DNA of 64,000 bases from contig DATCTW010000054.1 in NCBI GenBank assembly GCA_036567745.1, positions 37,488 through 101,487 of the forward strand, in the 5' to 3' direction. Each line of letters starts with the position of its first letter. Position 1 is the first letter of the stretch. A program made the position numbers and the translations under genes. Shown in pieces: positions 59,377 through 64,000 of this stretch. A model generated the notes under the pieces. The model was given only the letters and a program-made list of their open reading frames with translations. It made no database searches and was not told the origin of the DNA. Source of the DNA: Ignavibacteria bacterium. GTDB taxonomy: Bacteria > Bacteroidota > Ignavibacteria > DATCTW01.

Positions 59377-60214
59377 TATAGGAGGATTAAAAATTAATAT
59401 TATTGAAGCAATTATTTATGGAATTGTACAGGGGTTAACAGAATTTTTGCCTATTAGTAGTACTGCACATATTCGAATAGTATCTTCTTTTTTCGGTTGG
59501 AATGATCCTGGTGCTGCTTTTACCGCTATAGTTCAAGTAGGAACAATGCTTGCTCTTTTGATCTACTTTATAAATGATATTAAGAATATGATTAAGCATT
59601 TTGTATTAAGCATATTATATAAAAAGATAAACTATAGCATTGAATCAAAACATGCATGGATGATATTGGTCGGCACAATACCCATCGTTATTTTTGGTTT
59701 GATTTTTAAAAATGCAATAGAAACCTACCTTAGATCATTATATGTTATTTCTACTACTTTAATTGTATTAGCTTTAATTTTAGCATTAGCTGAAAAAATG
59801 GCAAAAAAAACAAAAAATGTTCAAGATGTTTCATGGTTAGAATCTCAAATAATGGGAATAGCTCAGGCTTTAGCATTAATACCAGGAGTTTCTAGATCTG
59901 GTGTAACAATAACTGCTGGATTGTTTTCTGGTTTAACTAGAGAAGCTGCTGCAAGGTTTTCGTTTTTGCTTAGTATACCTGCAGTTTTTGCAAGTGGAAT
60001 GTATGAATTATGGGAAGTCAGAAATCAATTAAATTCTGATGGTTTTTTTGTAATAATTATTTCAACTTTAGTATCAGGTATTGTTGGTTATCTCTCAATA
60101 GCTTTTCTTTTGAATTACTTAAAAAAACATAGCACTTTTGTATTCATATATTATAGAATAATATTAGGTTTACTCATAATTTTATTTCTTGCTCTTGGTT
60201 GGTTATCACCTTAA
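59354..60214 (+). CDS. uppP: undecaprenyl-diphosphate phosphatase
   Basis: 'IIEAIIYGIVQGLTEFLPISSTAHI' and 'PGVSRSGVTITAGL' BacA/UppP signatures; annotated start is TTG at 59354, but a GGAGG at 59381-59385 suggests a possible downstream non-AUG (ATT) start. Confidence 0.8.
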   Translation: MVWYFIFNIGGLKINIIEAIIYGIVQGLTEFLPISSTAHIRIVSSFFGWNDPGAAFTAIVQVGTMLALLIYFINDIKNMIKHFVLSILYKKINYSIESKHAWMILVGTIPIVIFGLIFKNAIETYLRSLYVISTTLIVLALILALAEKMAKKTKNVQDVSWLESQIMGIAQALALIPGVSRSGVTITAGLFSGLTREAAARFSFLLSIPAVFASGMYELWEVRNQLNSDGFFVIIISTLVSGIVGYLSIAFLLNYLKKHSTFVFIYYRIILGLLIILFLALGWLSP

Positions 60215-60324
60215 TTTATTCATTATTCAAAATATATTGAAATTATTAATATAAATTTGTAAATTAAAAAGTTTTTAGATGGTTTTTTTAAATTAATCGA
60301 TACTTTTTATTAATTGGGGAAAAT

Positions 60325-60924
60325 ATGAAACATTTACTATTATTTTCAATTTTAGTGATGTTCTTTTCATTCTCTTGCAAAAAAGAACCTCAACCAATTG
60401 AGAGAGAAATAATGGTTATTGAAACCGATTATGGGAATATTAATATAGACTTATTTGAAAATGTTGCTCCTAATCATGTTAAAGTAATAAAAGAGTTAGT
60501 AAATAATAAATTTTATGATGGATTATATTTTCATAGAGTTATACCCGGTTTTGTTGTTCAGGGAGGTGATCCAAATTCAAGAGATAATGATAAATCAAAT
60601 GATGGAATGGGTCAGGATAGTCAACCAACAATTAACGCAGAATTTAGCAAAATATCTCATAAAAGAGGTATAGTATCTATGGCAAGAAAAGGTAATGATA
60701 TAAACTCTGCAACAAGCCAGTTCTTTATTTGTGTAGCAGATATACCTAGTTTAGACAATCAATATTCTGTATTTGGCAAAGTTATTGAAGGTATGGATGT
60801 AGTTGATAAAATTGTTAATGTAGAACGAGATAGAAATGACAATCCCATAAAACCAGTATATATGAAAAAAGTATACTTAAAAAAGATGATGATTGTTCCT
60901 TCAATTGAAAATGAAAAAGAATAG
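60325..60924 (+). CDS. cyclophilin-type peptidyl-prolyl cis-trans isomerase, lipoprotein
   Basis: 'YDGLYFHRVIPGFVVQGGDP', 'GIVSMARKGNDINSATSQFFI'; lipobox 'FSFSC'. Confidence 0.85.
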   Translation: MKHLLLFSILVMFFSFSCKKEPQPIEREIMVIETDYGNINIDLFENVAPNHVKVIKELVNNKFYDGLYFHRVIPGFVVQGGDPNSRDNDKSNDGMGQDSQPTINAEFSKISHKRGIVSMARKGNDINSATSQFFICVADIPSLDNQYSVFGKVIEGMDVVDKIVNVERDRNDNPIKPVYMKKVYLKKMMIVPSIENEKE

Positions 60925-60936
60925 CAAGGAGGTCAG

Positions 60937-62079
60937 ATGAGAAAGTATATAAAATTATTACTACTATTATTTATAATTATGGTTTCGTTAACTAACATAT
61001 ATTCACAAAAAAAATCTACAAAGAAAATGCCTTTACCAGATAAAAATATTCGAGAAGTTGTAGTACTTGAAACAAGTTATGGTAATATTGTTATTGATTT
61101 ATTCGAGCAGATTGCACCAAAGCATGTAGAAAATTTCAAAAATTTAGTAAAAACTAATTTTTATGATAGCACATACTTTCACAGAGTTATACCCGGTTTT
61201 GTAATACAAGGTGGTGATCCAAACACAAAAGATGATGATAGAGAAAATGATGGTTTTGGGAAACCAGATCAACCAACAGTTCCAGCAGAATTTAGCCATT
61301 TAAGTCATAAACGAGGCATTGTATCTATGGCAAGAAAGGGTAATGACATAAATTCTGCTACCAGCCAATTTTTCATTTGCGTTGCCGATGTTCCACAACT
61401 AGATGGAGAATACTCAATTTTTGGAAAGGTTATTGAAGGTATGGATGTTGTTGATAAGATTGTATCTGCGCCAAGAGATGGTAAGGATAATCCGAAAGAG
61501 CATATCTATATTTTGAAAGCCTATACTAAAGAAATGGATATCCCTAATCCTCAAGAAAATGTTAAACCTACAAACCCAGAATGTAACACTAATGAAATTG
61601 CTGTATTGGAAACATCATTGGGGATAATAAAGTTTGGTTTTTACGATAAAATAGCCCCAAAACATACTGAACAAATTAAAAAATTAATTAGTGAAAAATT
61701 TTATGATGGATGTACTTTTCATAGAGTAATACCTAATTTTATGATTCAAGGAGGAGATCCTTATTCTAAAGATGAAGATAGATCTAATGATGGAATGGGT
61801 AACTCGCACTTACCAAATATTCCTGCTGAGTTCAGTGATTTACATCATTTAAGAGGTACTGTGGCAGCAGCAAGAGCAAATGATCCAAATTCAGCTAATT
61901 GCCAATTTTTTATAAATGTAAATGATAATTTCTTCCTTGATAATCAATACACGGTTTTTGGTAATGTAATAGAAGGTATGGATGTAGTTGATAAAATTGT
62001 AAATGTTCCTAGAGATGAAAGGGATAACCCTTTAGAGAAAGTAGTTATAATTAAAGCTTATTTACAAAAAAGTAAATAG
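60937..62079 (+). CDS. periplasmic tandem (two-domain) cyclophilin-type peptidyl-prolyl isomerase
   Basis: Two complete cyclophilin domains ('FHRVIPGFVIQGGDP' and 'FHRVIPNFMIQGGDP'); first domain nearly identical to the upstream gene. Confidence 0.85.
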   Translation: MRKYIKLLLLLFIIMVSLTNIYSQKKSTKKMPLPDKNIREVVVLETSYGNIVIDLFEQIAPKHVENFKNLVKTNFYDSTYFHRVIPGFVIQGGDPNTKDDDRENDGFGKPDQPTVPAEFSHLSHKRGIVSMARKGNDINSATSQFFICVADVPQLDGEYSIFGKVIEGMDVVDKIVSAPRDGKDNPKEHIYILKAYTKEMDIPNPQENVKPTNPECNTNEIAVLETSLGIIKFGFYDKIAPKHTEQIKKLISEKFYDGCTFHRVIPNFMIQGGDPYSKDEDRSNDGMGNSHLPNIPAEFSDLHHLRGTVAAARANDPNSANCQFFINVNDNFFLDNQYTVFGNVIEGMDVVDKIVNVPRDERDNPLEKVVIIKAYLQKSK

Positions 62080-62081
62080 AT

Positions 62082-63098
62082 ATGGGTAAAATTGCTGCGG
62101 AAAAAATATTAAGTATCTCTCAGATAATAAAAGATATTGAAAAAAAGAAGTTTTCCCCTATTTATCTTTTTTATGGGATCGAGCAATATATTATTGAAGA
62201 AATAATTAATTTAATTATTCAAAAGGCAGTAGACCCATCTTTAAAACAATTAAATGTTGAAAAATATTATTGTCCAGAAACAGATTCTGAAACAATAGTT
62301 ACTTCTGCACTTTCTATACCGATGTTATCTGACCGAAAGGTTATTGTTGTAAGAGATTATGAAAAAATTAATGACTCTAAAGCAATCAGGCATTATTTAG
62401 AACATCCATCTCAATCAACAATATTGATTTTATCTGCAAACACTATTGATAAAAGAAAGAGTATTTTTTCTCTATTAAGCAAAAATGGTGTTGTTGTTAA
62501 ATGTGAAAATCTAAAAAGAGATGAACTTTCTCAATGGATTAAGAAAAGAGTAAACTTATACCAAAAAGAAATTTCAGAAACTGCTGTAGAAATGCTGTTT
62601 GATTTAAAAGGGGATTCTTTACAGGATATTTATTCTGAAATTGAAAAGATTGTAACTTTTGTAGGAGAGAAGACTAAAATTGAAGAAAAAGATATTTTAA
62701 CTGTTACCGGAGCTACAAAAGAATTCAATATTTTTGAATTGATGAATTTAATTGGTAACGGAGAGAAATCAAAAGCAATTTTTATGCTGGATAAACTTCT
62801 TGATCAAAATACTGAACCGATTTTAATTGTAAATTTACTTGCAAGACATTTTATCATTCTTTGGAAAATTCAGAATCTACGTAGAGTTAATCATAATCCT
62901 TCTGAAATATCTTCTATCATGCAGATTAATCCATATTTTATTAAAGATTATATGAGTCAATCAGAAAAGTTTAGTATCGTACGATTAGAACAGTGTATTG
63001 AGTTATTAAAAGAGGCAGATTTACAATTAAAAAGTGTAAGTTTGCCAAAAAAAATCATTTTAGATAATCTTATTTGTAATTTAATTAAACCGTCTTAA
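62082..63098 (+). CDS. holA: DNA polymerase III delta subunit
   Basis: 338 aa; N-terminal 'PIYLFYGIEQYIIEE' and overall HolA layout. Confidence 0.7.
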   Translation: MGKIAAEKILSISQIIKDIEKKKFSPIYLFYGIEQYIIEEIINLIIQKAVDPSLKQLNVEKYYCPETDSETIVTSALSIPMLSDRKVIVVRDYEKINDSKAIRHYLEHPSQSTILILSANTIDKRKSIFSLLSKNGVVVKCENLKRDELSQWIKKRVNLYQKEISETAVEMLFDLKGDSLQDIYSEIEKIVTFVGEKTKIEEKDILTVTGATKEFNIFELMNLIGNGEKSKAIFMLDKLLDQNTEPILIVNLLARHFIILWKIQNLRRVNHNPSEISSIMQINPYFIKDYMSQSEKFSIVRLEQCIELLKEADLQLKSVSLPKKIILDNLICNLIKPS

Positions 63099-63110
63099 TA
63101 TTTAAAAAAA

Positions 63111-63698
63111 ATGATTGATTATCACAAAACGAACGACGAAGATTTGATGAATTTATTTCAGAAAGGAGATAATTTTGCTTTTGATGAATTGGTAAAACGT
63201 TATAAACAGCCACTGGCAAATTTTGTTTATAGATTTACTTCAAATTATGATGATAGTCTTGATATTGTTCAGGATACTTTTGTTAAGGTTTTCAATTATA
63301 AAGATCATTATCAAAATGTTGCAAAATTTTCGACATGGCTATATACTATTGCTTCAAATTTAGCAAAAACAAGTATTAGAAGAAAAAAGAGATTCAAACT
63401 GTTTTCAAGTAATTTATTCAAGAATAAAGATGAAGATTTGGAAATAGAATACCCTGATAATGATATTAAACCTGATGAAAATACAGATAATAAGTTGAGA
63501 GCAGAACTTATTCAAAAAGCGTTGAGTAAAATTGCTCTACATTATCGCGAAGTTGTAATTTTGAGAGATATAATGGAACTTTCTTATGATGAAATTAGTG
63601 AAATAACAAAGCTGCCAAAGGGTACTGTAAAATCTAGAATAAATAGAGGAAGATTATACCTGAAAGAATATTTAATAAAATTTTCAAAAGACTTTTAA
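63111..63698 (+). CDS. ECF-subfamily RNA polymerase sigma-70 factor
   Basis: Region 2 'DIVQDTFVKVF...FSTWLYTIASN' and region 4 HTH 'SYDEISEITKLPKGTVKSRINRG'. Confidence 0.8.
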   Translation: MIDYHKTNDEDLMNLFQKGDNFAFDELVKRYKQPLANFVYRFTSNYDDSLDIVQDTFVKVFNYKDHYQNVAKFSTWLYTIASNLAKTSIRRKKRFKLFSSNLFKNKDEDLEIEYPDNDIKPDENTDNKLRAELIQKALSKIALHYREVVILRDIMELSYDEISEITKLPKGTVKSRINRGRLYLKEYLIKFSKDF

Positions 63699-63710
63699 AT
63701 AGTAATCACA

Positions 63711-64000
63711 ATGATAAGAAAAGAAAAAATAAATCCCGATATAAACGAAGAAGAATTTAACGATATAATTAAAGAGTTAAAGTCTCTTCCTGATATTCCT
63801 TTACCACAGGATTTTGAAAGTAAACTGAGAAATAGAATAGCGCTTTCAAATCAGAAAAAAAGTTCAAGCAATTTAGCTTTTGGTAATTATTATAAATATC
63901 TGGTTTATGGAGGATCGTTTATAGTTGTTGTTTGCATTGTCTTATTTTTTGTTTTTATATTTAATGGGACTCATAATATAGATCAATTTAAAGGAACTAT
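63711..64000 (+). CDS. putative anti-sigma factor (partial; continues beyond the window end)
   Basis: ATG 12 nt after the sigma-factor stop; translation contains a single TM helix 'GGSFIVVVCIVLFFVFIF'; call rests on position next to the ECF sigma. Confidence 0.4.
   Translation, partial: MIRKEKINPDINEEEFNDIIKELKSLPDIPLPQDFESKLRNRIALSNQKKSSSNLAFGNYYKYLVYGGSFIVVVCIVLFFVFIFNGTHNIDQFKGT

Overview
Low-GC (~30%) bacterial chromosomal segment, most likely from the FCB group (Bacteroidota/Ignavibacteriota-like), judged from a T9SS C-terminal sorting domain and a Salinibacter/Rhodothermus-type carotenoid cluster. All calls are from reading the translated ORFs and DNA by eye; no database search was run. 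Most of the window is housekeeping: comM, rdgB, rpsU, pta, birA-coaX, hutU, anmK, nfo, rng, tal, gcvT, ftsK, uppP, holA, an ECF sigma factor, tRNA-Ala(CGC) and an adjacent SRP RNA. Accessory content: an N6-adenine DNA methyltransferase open to the 5' window edge; a minus-strand carotenoid operon (cruD-cruC-cruF?-crtYcd-crtI-crtB-crtW); a 1790-aa T9SS cargo protein with BNR repeats and an HEXXH motif; and tandem cyclophilins. Three loci look novel. (1) 12344-14662: a 772-aa family-B DNA polymerase homolog whose exonuclease and polymerase catalytic motifs appear degenerate. (2) 18203-26788: a tightly packed seven-gene envelope cluster with a 3-TM coiled-coil inner-membrane protein, two paralogous single-pass proteins carrying a conserved membrane-embedded Glu, secreted/outer-membrane proteins and a VWA-OmpA anchor; I read it as a candidate proton-motive-force-driven trans-envelope machine not assignable to Tol-Pal, ExbBD or GldKLMN. 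(3) 6552-9572: two Tyr/Trp-rich, RG/SN-rich low-complexity lipoproteins followed by a FadL-like barrel. No CRISPR array, transposase or integrase was seen.
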